64,000 bases of DNA, from IMG/VR virus record IMGVR_UViG_3300002307_000050; one strand, written 5' to 3'. This DNA comes from a virus. How positions within the stretch are numbered: position 1 is the first letter of the stretch; each line of letters opens with the position of its first letter. Made by a program: the position numbers and the translations under genes. Below, piece after piece: positions 44,780 to 54,714 of the stretch. The notes under the pieces were generated by a model, which worked only from the letters and a program-made list of their open reading frames with translations, was not told the origin of the DNA and made no database searches.

Positions 44780-46384
44780 ATGAACATCAAGCGAATGCGC
44801 GAATACTACGAGAATCCCGACGGAGAGTACATGAAGAAGCTACGTCAGCGGGCTCAGAACGTGAAAACGATGTCGAACGACCCGCTCGCACGAGCGAGAA
44901 TGGTGCTCGACGTGTATTCGGTGGACTTCGAGAGGTTCTGCGAGGACTTCCTCTTCCTCATCATCCCTGAATACGGTGATGCCATCAAGCCCTTCTTCAT
45001 GTTCGAGTACCAGAAGAGGATCGTGCGGAAGATCGCGGATGCCGAGATGAGCGGAGAGGACATGGAGCTGCTCTGCGACAAGCCCCGAGGCATGGGACTG
45101 ACTTGGCTCATCGTCGCGTACTTCTACTGGCGATGGCTCTACACCCCGAACTGGTCAGCGTTCGTACTGTCGCGCACCGAGACCGAGGTCGACGACGGAT
45201 CCGCGATCCCGAACAACTCGATCTTCGGAAAGCTCCGATGGCTCATCGCCCACACCCCGAAGTGGATGCTTCCGGACGGGTTCGAGGCGAAGGGAAAGAA
45301 GGGAAACTCGACTGACTCCACGCTTCGACTCATCAACCCGGCCATGAACTCATCGATCGTGGGATCTTCAACGAACTCGAACGCGGGTCGCTCTCGCCGA
45401 TACTCGATCATCCTCATCGACGAGTGCTTCTCGATCGAGCACTTCAACGACGTGTACCGAGCGCTTCAGTCCGTTTCACGTGTAAAGCTGTTCATCTCGA
45501 CCACCAAGGCGGGCGCCGTCTATCGCGGGTTCAAGGACCTCTGCGAGAAGGCCGGAAACTATATCTCGCTCGTCTGGAAGGACCATCCGTGGAAGGATCA
45601 GGAGTGGTACGAGGAGCAGCTCGTGAAGGCCGAGTTCGATCCCGAGGTCATGAAGGAAATCGACGTGTCATACGCAGTGAACCCGAAGATGCAGTACTAT
45701 CCGCAGGTGTCCATGGCGAAGATCGAGTCCATCGAGTACGATCCGCAGAAGCCGATCTATACGGGCCTCGACTTCGGATCCGGAGACGTCACCGTAATCG
45801 TATACGCGCAGTTCACCGGCAACTCGCTCAACATAATCGACGTCTACCACAACAGCGGAAAGGGAGACTGCAAATGGTACGCCCCGTTCCTCAACCCGGA
45901 GATCAAGGACTCGGACTTCCTATACAGCTACAACCCAGTTCAGCTCGACTTCATCGCGAAGGTCCGCAGATGGCGCAAGGCGACTGCCAACTTTGGCGAA
46001 GTCGCGCATACGATCAAGTCGATGGCCGACAATCGATCGATCTCCGACGTGCTCGGAAAGCTCGGCATCAGAATCATGGTCAACACGTACGCGATCGAGT
46101 ACGAGCCTCGAAGACTAGCCACTTCCCAGATGCTTCCGAAGACCGTCTTCAACAAGGACTCTGCCGGTGCGATGGAGCTGTACGATGCGATCACTAACTC
46201 TCGAAAGATGTCAGTCGACAACGGAAACCCGAAGCACGACGGAGAGGTCGGAGACTACCGCTCGGCGTTCGAGAACCTCTGCGCGAACATCGGTAGAATC
46301 TTCAAGAACCAGAGAGGCGACATCGGAGGAGGACTCAACGACGGCGGATTCGTCAGTGCGCTTATTAGGAATCTCAAAGTGTGA
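44780..46384 (+). CDS. terminase large subunit (534 aa)
   Basis: Walker-A-like KPRGMGLT, Walker B YSIILIDECF, and RNaseH-like nuclease motifs (TGLDFGSGDVTVIVYAQ). Confidence 0.7.
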   Translation: MNIKRMREYYENPDGEYMKKLRQRAQNVKTMSNDPLARARMVLDVYSVDFERFCEDFLFLIIPEYGDAIKPFFMFEYQKRIVRKIADAEMSGEDMELLCDKPRGMGLTWLIVAYFYWRWLYTPNWSAFVLSRTETEVDDGSAIPNNSIFGKLRWLIAHTPKWMLPDGFEAKGKKGNSTDSTLRLINPAMNSSIVGSSTNSNAGRSRRYSIILIDECFSIEHFNDVYRALQSVSRVKLFISTTKAGAVYRGFKDLCEKAGNYISLVWKDHPWKDQEWYEEQLVKAEFDPEVMKEIDVSYAVNPKMQYYPQVSMAKIESIEYDPQKPIYTGLDFGSGDVTVIVYAQFTGNSLNIIDVYHNSGKGDCKWYAPFLNPEIKDSDFLYSYNPVQLDFIAKVRRWRKATANFGEVAHTIKSMADNRSISDVLGKLGIRIMVNTYAIEYEPRRLATSQMLPKTVFNKDSAGAMELYDAITNSRKMSVDNGNPKHDGEVGDYRSAFENLCANIGRIFKNQRGDIGGGLNDGGFVSALIRNLKV

Positions 46385-46423
46385 TAGAATTATTTCATTA
46401 TAAAAATATTAAATACCAAATCC

Positions 46424-48001
46424 ATGGAAAAAAATAAAACGTATTTCGGTTCTGATGCACGCAACAAGCTCAAGGTCGGTGTCGACACAATTTTCAACTC
46501 AACAGCGCCGACTCTCAGCGCGAACGGACGAAACGTCTGCTACATGAAATGGGGGATGATCCCGTACATCTCGAACGACGGAGTATCGATCGCCCGAAAG
46601 GTGAACCCAGAGAACTTCGTAGAGCGAATGGGAGCCGACCTCATCAAGCAAGTCTCAGAGCAGACCAACGCGGATGCAGGAGACGGAACAACGACATCAA
46701 TCATCCTCGCGCACTCTATGATCGAGGAAGGAATGAAGCTCATCGATGCAGAGGGATCGAAGGTCAACCCAATGCAGCTCCGTCGCGAGATGGAAGCAGC
46801 ATCAATCAAAGTCATCGATGCACTCAAGGATCGAGCAACGAAAGTGACGAGCCTCGAAGACCTCATCAAGATCGCGACTATCTCAGTCGAGGATCCAGCG
46901 ATCGGAAAGCTCATCGCAACTGCTATCGAGGAAGCGGGCGCCAACGGATCCGTCTACGTTGAGGAATCAACGAAGCCGGGAATCACAGTCGAGAAGATCG
47001 AAGGATACGACTTCCCACAGGGAGCGATCTCTCCGGGAATGATCACGAACTTCGACAAGCTCGAGACAGTGATGGAAAACCCAGTTATCCTCGTGACCGA
47101 GAGACCACTCTTCTGGAACACTGCGCTTCAGCAATTCTTCGACACGGTTCTCCAGATGGGAAAGCGAAACATCCTCATCATCGCCGACGAAGTTCACGAA
47201 GACGTGATTCGATTCGCAGCGACTAACACCCAGAACAAGAAGTTCACATGTGTCATCGTGAAGAAGCCGATGCAAGCCGAGTTCATCGAAGACATCGCGA
47301 AGATCACGGGCGCGACTGCAATCACGAAGGAAAAGAACTTCATCAACCCAAAGCCTGAGTATCTCGGTACTGCTCGAAAGGTTGTAGTGAAGCGCGACAA
47401 GTCTACGACAATCATCGGTGGCGCGATCTCTCCAGAGGCGCTCGCAGAATATGTCGAGGCACTCAAGACTCAGGTGAAAGATGCTGAGCCTGAAGATCCT
47501 GCAGTTGGAAAGATGACAGAACGCATCGCAAAGATCACAGGAGGAATCCAGATGCTCAATGTCGGATCTGCAATCGAATCAGAACTCAAGTATCTCAAGA
47601 TGAAAGTCGAAGATGCGATCAATGCGACAAAGGCAGCAAAGGAAGAAGGATTCGTAGCGGGAGGAGGTTCTGCACTCATGCACATCGCGTATGAAGTTTT
47701 CGGAGGAGTAGAGAAGAATGACGGTGAAAAGGTTGTCGTCGCCGCATGTTCAGCGCCATATTCTCAGATTCTCTACAACAGTGGGGAAAAAGGCGACACG
47801 ATGTTTGATGTCAGCCAGAAAAACTCAGGATACGATGCCCTCAAGCATGAATTCGTGAGCGATGTCATCGAACGCGGCATCATCGACCCAGTTAAAGTGA
47901 CTCGATCAGCGTTCAAAAACGCATCGAAGCTCGCAGGTCTCTTCCTCACGACAGAGTGCGTTGTGGAAGATCTCCCAGAAAAAGGTGCATTTGACAGATA
48001 A
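46424..48001 (+). CDS. groL: GroEL/Cpn60 chaperonin (525 aa)
   Basis: GDGTTTSIILAHSMIEEG ATP-binding motif, equatorial, apical and intermediate domain patterns (AVKAPGFGDRRK-like region), and GGGSAL..A motif. Confidence 0.85.
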   Translation: MEKNKTYFGSDARNKLKVGVDTIFNSTAPTLSANGRNVCYMKWGMIPYISNDGVSIARKVNPENFVERMGADLIKQVSEQTNADAGDGTTTSIILAHSMIEEGMKLIDAEGSKVNPMQLRREMEAASIKVIDALKDRATKVTSLEDLIKIATISVEDPAIGKLIATAIEEAGANGSVYVEESTKPGITVEKIEGYDFPQGAISPGMITNFDKLETVMENPVILVTERPLFWNTALQQFFDTVLQMGKRNILIIADEVHEDVIRFAATNTQNKKFTCVIVKKPMQAEFIEDIAKITGATAITKEKNFINPKPEYLGTARKVVVKRDKSTTIIGGAISPEALAEYVEALKTQVKDAEPEDPAVGKMTERIAKITGGIQMLNVGSAIESELKYLKMKVEDAINATKAAKEEGFVAGGGSALMHIAYEVFGGVEKNDGEKVVVAACSAPYSQILYNSGEKGDTMFDVSQKNSGYDALKHEFVSDVIERGIIDPVKVTRSAFKNASKLAGLFLTTECVVEDLPEKGAFDR

Positions 48002-48019
48002 TTAGTTTATAATTTTCGT

Positions 48020-48289
48020 ATGAATATCGACATAAAGAATTGGTGTGTGAAGATTTGCAAGAAGTACGACCTTCGTTGCTTCTATCTTCCCAAGACCAAT
48101 TCTTTTGTCTTACATAAGGAGGGTCGCGCAGTTCAGCACTTCAACGAAACTCAGTTCTACCAGAAACCGAAGATGGTTCGTGAGAAGGAGATGACGCCGC
48201 TCGTTAAACTTGGCCTCGTTCACAACTTAGATGAGCGAGTGAAGAACCAATTATTTCTCAATCGAAAGCTTGGGAAGCTAATTTATTAA
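48020..48289 (+). CDS. hypothetical protein (89 aa) between GroEL and the portal
   Basis: ORF. Confidence 0.35.
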   Translation: MNIDIKNWCVKICKKYDLRCFYLPKTNSFVLHKEGRAVQHFNETQFYQKPKMVREKEMTPLVKLGLVHNLDERVKNQLFLNRKLGKLIY

Positions 48290-48293
48290 AGCT

Positions 48294-50285
48294 ATGGCGA
48301 CAACAGCAGAGAACAAAGACAAAGTGAAATTGGAAAACGTCCGTCAGCCTCGACACGAGGAACTGGAGGTTGTTGGTGCGATCTTCGATCGTTACTATCG
48401 ATGGCGATCTCAGCGTGACGGTACGATAGACCAATTCCAAGGGCGCTCACTCGAGCAGTTCCTCACTACGTCTCGCGAGCTCTTCTGGAACTCGACAGTA
48501 ACTCCAAGCAACGACCTCTCTGCGCTTGATCTCAGCCTATCGATCGGATTCATCCGAAAGGAGGTGTGGGACTTCGCTTCTCGACTCGTCTCTCAGGACT
48601 TTCGCGGAAGAATGGATGGAGAAAACCTTGATACCTACGGTGTTAAGGTTCTTCAGGCCATGTACGACAAGTGGCGCTTCAAGTCCAACGACAAGGTTGA
48701 GAAATTCTGGCAGATCCTCTACGGAGCGGTGAACGGAACCGTCGTGGAGTTCGTCGGATACAACGACTCAAAGGTTACCCACCGATATCTTCGCGAGTAC
48801 GACAAGGCGAAGGGAGGATACCGAATCGAAGAGAAGGATGACTACTACTGGAACGACGTGTGGACTGAAATCGCGCCCGTCGAGGACATATACTTCTCGA
48901 AGCTCTGGGAACGCGATGCTCAGAGACAGGGACGTTTGCTGTGGCGCACGCAAGTCGACTGGAAGGACTTCCAACGCGACTTCCATATGTACGAGAACGC
49001 AGAGTACGTATATCCGGGAAACCAGATCAGCGACGACTCGCTCTACTTCCGACTCCTTCGCGGGTCAGGCGTTACTTCGACAGACAAAGTTGAGATCCTC
49101 AAAGAGTACGACGTCGTTCAAGACCGATTCACAATCGTCGCGAACGGAGTATGGCTCAACCCACTCAAGGGAAAGCTTGGAATTGCCCCAATGCCTTTCA
49201 ACCACAAGCTCATGCCTTTCGGCGTGACTCAGTGGAAGGGAATCGACGAGAAGTTCGTGTACGGAATGTCGATGCCATTTGAATTGAAGGACTATCAGAA
49301 GATCCTCAATACCTCGATGACGATGCTCGTCGAGCAGGAGCTCCGCGACATCGACCCGCCGATCATCTCGAGCGACTTCGAGTCTCCTCAGCTCATCTTC
49401 GGTCAGCACAAGGTCATTCCGGTCAACGACGTGAACGCGTACAAGGTCATGGAGACCAAGCCCGCTTCGAACTCGTTCTTCAACATGGTCAACTCGCTCC
49501 AGTCACTCATGTCCGCTCAGGCGAACGGGGGAACTCAGCAGATCGCCCCTTCACGTCAGCCAAAGTCTGCTCGCGAGGCGATGCAGATGGCTCAGCTCAA
49601 GCAGGAGTCTCTCGGAAACGCATTGCTCATGTACTACAACATGCTCCGTCAGGAAATGACTCTCATGCTGAAGACCGCAGTCCAGTTCTACCCAACCAAC
49701 AAGTACGCGAAGATCAACAACCGCATCGTTCGCGCGATCAAGATCCCAGACACGTCTCTCACCACTGGTGGAGTCGGAAACCTCAACGTTCGATTCGTGC
49801 ATAAGAAGCAGGACGACCTCATCACGTACTTCGAGTCAGTCGAGAAGTCTCTCCAAGATGGACGTCAGACCGAGATCATCGAATGTCCCATCGAAGTGCT
49901 TCAGGACCTCGACTTCATAATCCATGAGATCGAGCTCAAGCCCGCGAAGGCTTCTGAGATCGAGAAGGCAGCTTGGATGGAGCAGATGTTCACTCCGATG
50001 ATGCAGTACTTCGTTCCGATGGGAATCGCGGACCCTGCGAAGGTCTACCTTCAGCTCCTCGAGAAATACGGAGAGCACCCTGCGGACTACACCTCAGACA
50101 AGGTTCTACCTCAGCTCATGGCGACATGGGGAAACGAGATGAACTTCCAGATGCCAGACCCAAAGAAGCCAGACTCAATGAAGCAAGGCGCTCTCGGACC
50201 TCAGACTGGAAACCTTAATCAATCTAATACCGGCACTCGATTCGGAGGTCAGGGAGGAGCTCCCATCCCCGCACCCGCTGCCTAA
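48294..50285 (+). CDS. putative portal protein (duplicate of 236..2227)
   Basis: Exact duplicate at offset +48058. Confidence 0.5.
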   Translation: MATTAENKDKVKLENVRQPRHEELEVVGAIFDRYYRWRSQRDGTIDQFQGRSLEQFLTTSRELFWNSTVTPSNDLSALDLSLSIGFIRKEVWDFASRLVSQDFRGRMDGENLDTYGVKVLQAMYDKWRFKSNDKVEKFWQILYGAVNGTVVEFVGYNDSKVTHRYLREYDKAKGGYRIEEKDDYYWNDVWTEIAPVEDIYFSKLWERDAQRQGRLLWRTQVDWKDFQRDFHMYENAEYVYPGNQISDDSLYFRLLRGSGVTSTDKVEILKEYDVVQDRFTIVANGVWLNPLKGKLGIAPMPFNHKLMPFGVTQWKGIDEKFVYGMSMPFELKDYQKILNTSMTMLVEQELRDIDPPIISSDFESPQLIFGQHKVIPVNDVNAYKVMETKPASNSFFNMVNSLQSLMSAQANGGTQQIAPSRQPKSAREAMQMAQLKQESLGNALLMYYNMLRQEMTLMLKTAVQFYPTNKYAKINNRIVRAIKIPDTSLTTGGVGNLNVRFVHKKQDDLITYFESVEKSLQDGRQTEIIECPIEVLQDLDFIIHEIELKPAKASEIEKAAWMEQMFTPMMQYFVPMGIADPAKVYLQLLEKYGEHPADYTSDKVLPQLMATWGNEMNFQMPDPKKPDSMKQGALGPQTGNLNQSNTGTRFGGQGGAPIPAPAA

Positions 50286-50293
50286 ATAAAATC

Positions 50294-50539
50294 ATGATCT
50301 CACGAAAGATAAAGAAAGTCGTTCTCAGCATGGACATCTTGAAAGAGATGCTCACTCAGGGCATGGCAGTGAACTACACTGTCACTCAGGGTATCCCTGA
50401 AGATGCCGTGATCATCAGCATGGAGAAGAATCGCGACGAGAAGACATACACGCTCATCGTCCATAGCGACACCTTCAAAGAGGCTCATGACAGCACGGTG
50501 CTCGACACCATGGACATCATCGTTACAAAGATAAACTAA
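50294..50539 (+). CDS. hypothetical protein (duplicate of 2236..2481)
   Basis: Exact duplicate. Confidence 0.35.
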   Translation: MISRKIKKVVLSMDILKEMLTQGMAVNYTVTQGIPEDAVIISMEKNRDEKTYTLIVHSDTFKEAHDSTVLDTMDIIVTKIN

Positions 50540-50544
50540 ATACC

Positions 50545-51075
50545 ATGAAGTTAAATCCCAAAATACTCAAGAGAATACTAGAGTCGAACAGAGAGTTCTT
50601 CGAGAAGGAGCTTCTGACGAACGAAGAGCTCGAGAAGCAGTTCGACAAGAAGAGAAGTTTCTTCAACAACCTATTCATCCGAGACATCATCGGGTACATT
50701 CCCGCATCGCTCAACGAGCCAGTGCTCAGGATATTCGAAGAGCATGGAGAGCTGCTCGAGCGTTGGCTCCTCTGGCAGTCATGGTACATCAACCGAAAGA
50801 TCCTGAAGGATCCGGAGAGGATCCAGTTCTTCGACGGAGTTCTCCTGTATCTCAAGACACTTCACACGATGGCATCGACGAAGAAGCGCATCAAGACGAC
50901 AGAGGCAATATACTCAGCGCCAAAGCCGGACAAGCCGTGGGTCGATGAAGCATTATCAGACATAGAATTTTTCACTAAAAATGCAAAAGATCAAATCAAT
51001 AAGCGCGCCCAAGAGAGTGGCGCCGAAAATGCCGAAAACGATCTCTCAGAAGTCGCCAAAGTTATCGAAGGCTAA
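50545..51075 (+). CDS. hypothetical head-module protein (duplicate of 2487..3017)
   Basis: Exact duplicate. Confidence 0.4.
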   Translation: MKLNPKILKRILESNREFFEKELLTNEELEKQFDKKRSFFNNLFIRDIIGYIPASLNEPVLRIFEEHGELLERWLLWQSWYINRKILKDPERIQFFDGVLLYLKTLHTMASTKKRIKTTEAIYSAPKPDKPWVDEALSDIEFFTKNAKDQINKRAQESGAENAENDLSEVAKVIEG

Positions 51076-51134
51076 GGCATCGAAATCAGTCGGAGTGTCG
51101 TTTGGAAAGAGCAAGAAAAGCATGTAATCCACAG

Positions 51135-51163
51135 GAGCGCCCTTTACGGGGCGTTTTTGTTTT
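51135..51163 (+). terminator. rho-independent terminator (duplicate of 3077..3105)
   Basis: Exact duplicate. Confidence 0.6.
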
Positions 51164-51200
51164 GTGGTACAATTAGGGAAGCAATAAATCTGATACACGA

Positions 51201-51743
51201 ATGAAGAATTTTTATGAAATTTTAGGTGTCGCAAAGACGGCCTCCAAAGAGGAAATCAAAAAGGCTTTTCACGTGCTCGCTCACAAGCATCACCCAGACA
51301 AGCCCGGAGGAAACGAGGCAGAGTTCAAGAAGTGCAACGAGGCGTACCAGACTCTCAGCGACGACTCGAAGCGATCGCAGTACGACATGACCATCGGTCA
51401 CGGAAACGGATTTCCATTCACGTCTCACGGCTACTCTCCTCCAAGGAGACAGACTCACACCTACACGACATACACCAACAACTCAGGATTCTACTATCGA
51501 GCATCGCAGCAACAGGAGAGTAATGAGGATTTCGCCGATCGAATGCAGAAGATGTCAGACATGCTCAAGCAGCAGATGGAAAACATGAGGTATAGTCAGG
51601 CTCAGCAACAGAAGACAGCTAATGACTACGCGGACGAAATTCGGAAGAGCACGGAGAGAACCGAGAAGATGTACAGGGCGAAACGTGCATTCAGTATGGG
51701 AGATTTTATTATTTTTGACGATCTAGATATAAACGACTTATGA
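51201..51743 (+). CDS. J-domain co-chaperone (duplicate of 3143..3685)
   Basis: Exact duplicate; HPD motif. Confidence 0.8.
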   Translation: MKNFYEILGVAKTASKEEIKKAFHVLAHKHHPDKPGGNEAEFKKCNEAYQTLSDDSKRSQYDMTIGHGNGFPFTSHGYSPPRRQTHTYTTYTNNSGFYYRASQQQESNEDFADRMQKMSDMLKQQMENMRYSQAQQQKTANDYADEIRKSTERTEKMYRAKRAFSMGDFIIFDDLDINDL

Positions 51744-52132
51744 AAATAGACATAAAGACAATTCCGCACAAAGACCAGAGATACCCGACAGTGGGCGACT
51801 GGTGGTTCGACGACGAGACCAAGACACTCAACATACGAGTTTCCGACATGGGAGACGTCGAGATGGAGTACCTCGTGATTGACCACGAGCTTCGCGAGGC
51901 GATGATCTGCAACCATCGCGGAATCAGCGAGAAGGCGATCAGCAATTTCGACATCCTCTTCGAGAAGATCCGCGCAGAGAATCCTGAGATCATCGGAGAC
52001 ATGGAGCCGGGAGACATGATCGGTGCTCCGTATCACATGGCGCATAAATTCGCGACAGACGTGGAGAAGGTAACCGCAGCTCAGCTTGAGGTCGACTGGG
52101 ACAAATATTCAGAGAAGGTAAACTCTCTATGA
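51740..52132 (+). CDS. hypothetical protein (duplicate of 3682..4074)
   Basis: Exact duplicate. Confidence 0.4.
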   Translation: MKIDIKTIPHKDQRYPTVGDWWFDDETKTLNIRVSDMGDVEMEYLVIDHELREAMICNHRGISEKAISNFDILFEKIRAENPEIIGDMEPGDMIGAPYHMAHKFATDVEKVTAAQLEVDWDKYSEKVNSL

Positions 52133-52413
52133 TCGGAATCGCCGAGCTCATCAAGAACAGGCCAGTAGAATCTGCCGAGGTCATTTCAGCTAGAAAGGAG
52201 ATCCTCGACAAGTTCATAAAGGTCATCAACGACGGCCGTAGGATGGCGGGTTACAAGCCGTACCCTGCGAGCTTCGTCGTCATCAAGATGTACAAGGCGG
52301 GATACAAGTCAGTTAGTCAGCTCTGGATGTTCTGGGGTTCGTGCAGTGATGCGCAGAATTTCAGTTCATACTGGCACTGGAAACTAAAGAAGGAAAACTA
52401 TGAAAAACAATAA
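52129..52413 (+). CDS. hypothetical protein (duplicate of 4071..4355)
   Basis: Exact duplicate. Confidence 0.4.
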   Translation: MIGIAELIKNRPVESAEVISARKEILDKFIKVINDGRRMAGYKPYPASFVVIKMYKAGYKSVSQLWMFWGSCSDAQNFSSYWHWKLKKENYEKQ

Positions 52414-52602
52414 AGATCATTTATACATCGAGCTCACGGAGGTGAAGTCGTACATGAAGGGCATTTCGCCAAAAACTTCTACGTACCAAAATCTCGAAAA
52501 GCGAAAAAACGAGATCGAAAAATTACTCGAGCAGGACACAAGTCCGGTTCTCAGCATCAAGTCAAAGGTTTCGGCGTAAAAATTACCCTATATGCAAGGA
52601 AA

Positions 52603-52634
52603 AAGCACTGAGTATCTCTATTCAGTGCTTTTTT
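52603..52634 (+). terminator. rho-independent terminator (duplicate of 4545..4576)
   Basis: Exact duplicate. Confidence 0.65.
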
Positions 52635-53181
52635 AGTATTCGTATTTGATTCGTATCGTATTTTGCCTCTTTATTTCTGGAGTTGTTACGACCCCCCTAC
52701 CCCCCAAAGACTAAAAAATCTTTTGAAAGCAAGAAGTCGTCACAACAGGCTCTTTATCCCCGTCGGTGCAATTTATAGGATGCACACCCATGACGTTCGC
52801 AGACACGCTTAAAGTCCTCTGCTCTAACCCCGGACTATAAAAACGAAAAAACCCTTTCACAAGGGCTTATATGTTCTGACTTTTAAGGTCAGCAAGAGGG
52901 ACTAGCCCTCCATATAAGCGCCCCATGAAAAGGTTCTTTAAAATCTTTCCGCGTGAGGTGCTCCTTGTGGCAGGTGACGAATCAACTGCACACAAAGTAT
53001 AGCACCATCTCTCTACCAGTGTCAGTAGAGTTATCCACAATAGGTAACGCCGTTTGCTATTATTTTGTGACAGTCGTATAATGTTTTCGTATAGGACTGC
53101 CGCCGAGTCAAGAAATTAGGGCGTGTGCGTTTAATATAACCTCGGGCGTGAATGATGGGCCGCCGCCATCGGAAAAAATGT

Positions 53182-53811
53182 ATGGATCCAAAAAAGCTTG
53201 TAGATGATTTTGTGGAAGGAAAGATTACCGAAGACCAGTTCATCGCGGAAAAAGAAAAACTCTCCGCCGAAGATCTTGCGAAGTTGGATGAGGCTGCTAA
53301 GTCAGCAATCCCAACTGCTACTCAGAAATTGATTGACGTAAGACGCGGTACAAAAAAGATCGAGGAAGCAGCACCGGCTGCACCAGATTTTGGAAAGAAG
53401 TTCCGTGAAGAAAATTTAGCTAAAGCCAAGCAACGTATTGCTACTGAAATCGCGTTTGAAAAGGAAGAGGATCGCATCGCATTCCTTCAGGAGTTCGAGC
53501 AGAGAGATCCGGGAAGCGTAGACGTGGAAAATATCGTTCGCGATATGAAGTCTCACTATGCAGCCAAGCATCCAGAGGAATTCTTCGACCTCAAGAAGAG
53601 ATCAGATGAACTCAAGGCAAATGCAGACGAATTCACTAGCATGGGAGCAGGGCCAAACGGCACAGGTCAGGGTGGTGGTGACGGTGGTGGAAAAAAGAAG
53701 TACTCTCCAGAGGCGATCGCGTTGTATAACGCAGGAAAGGCTCGCGGAAGCACTCTCACTATCGATCAATACCAAGCTCAAGTTGAGGCAGAGCGCAACA
53801 AGAGCAAGTAA
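53182..53811 (+). CDS. putative scaffolding protein (duplicate of 5124..5753)
   Basis: Exact duplicate. Confidence 0.35.
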   Translation: MDPKKLVDDFVEGKITEDQFIAEKEKLSAEDLAKLDEAAKSAIPTATQKLIDVRRGTKKIEEAAPAAPDFGKKFREENLAKAKQRIATEIAFEKEEDRIAFLQEFEQRDPGSVDVENIVRDMKSHYAAKHPEEFFDLKKRSDELKANADEFTSMGAGPNGTGQGGGDGGGKKKYSPEAIALYNAGKARGSTLTIDQYQAQVEAERNKSK

Positions 53812-53917
53812 AATTTTTCTCTCTAGAAAATTATCTATAAGCGATTCGGGAAATCCATGCGGGTTACTGGTCGCTTATTTTTAATTTTATTAGCCTAATT
53901 TTTAGAAGAAAAACATT

Positions 53918-54670
53918 ATGTTTATTCCAAGAAAAGAATTACTCGACCAATTTTTGGTCAAAGCAGTTGTAGGAAACGGTCTCACTATCGCAATCGGCGA
54001 TGCGATCATCCTCAACCGCGTTGGAACAGGAGTATTCACTGTAACAATCGCCTCACCTGCTGTGTTCTCACAGACAGCTCACGGCCTCGTTGCGGGAGAT
54101 GCAGTCCAGTTCCAGACAAGTGGCGCTTTGCCTACAGGTCTCGTAGCAGGTACAACCTATTACGTCATCGCGGCAGGTCTCACATCGAACGCGTTCGAAG
54201 TCTCAGCTACTCTCGGTGGCTCAGCGGTGAACACATCAGGCTCACAGTCTGGTACTCACTCTATGTACACGATTACCCCAACAGTCAAAGGTGCTGCGAA
54301 CACAACTGCCGAAATTCTCGGTACTGTACGCTCCATCCTTGGTCCAAACGCAAAGCCGCTCGAAGTTACTTCGTACACGACTGCATTGGATAACACTGTA
54401 AACGCACAGGTCATGGTTGAGTTCTTGCCTTCTCAGATGGATACGACTTACCTCGCAGACCTCTCAGCAGCAGCGAACACTACTCCGAACTCTAACCTCA
54501 TGGGTTGGTTCAACCTCTCGACTACCCTCAACGGTACGCTTGACGAGTCTTCATATGTCGCGACAAACTCTACGACATACAGCTCAACGAAGCAGTTCTT
54601 CTCTTACGGAGTGAACCCTTCGAACTCAAGTCAGGTCATTGGTATCTGGGCATCACGCGCACGCATTTAA
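53918..54670 (+). CDS. virion protein with the shared 80-aa domain (duplicate of 5860..6612)
   Basis: Exact duplicate. Confidence 0.45.
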   Translation: MFIPRKELLDQFLVKAVVGNGLTIAIGDAIILNRVGTGVFTVTIASPAVFSQTAHGLVAGDAVQFQTSGALPTGLVAGTTYYVIAAGLTSNAFEVSATLGGSAVNTSGSQSGTHSMYTITPTVKGAANTTAEILGTVRSILGPNAKPLEVTSYTTALDNTVNAQVMVEFLPSQMDTTYLADLSAAANTTPNSNLMGWFNLSTTLNGTLDESSYVATNSTTYSSTKQFFSYGVNPSNSSQVIGIWASRARI

Positions 54671-54714
54671 TCCCGTCGACTTTTATTTTATTAGCCTAAT
54701 TTTACTAACAAATT

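Noticed and set aside
45424-46197. 257-aa Arg-rich plus-strand ORF and several other 60-200-aa ORFs (43780..44256, 43823..44179, 45668..45850, 45940..46221) overlapping the TerL/TerS genes
   Set aside because: Alternative-frame ORFs with low-complexity R/G/H-rich translations are typical artefacts of locally elevated GC. The TerL frame has the Walker and nuclease motifs
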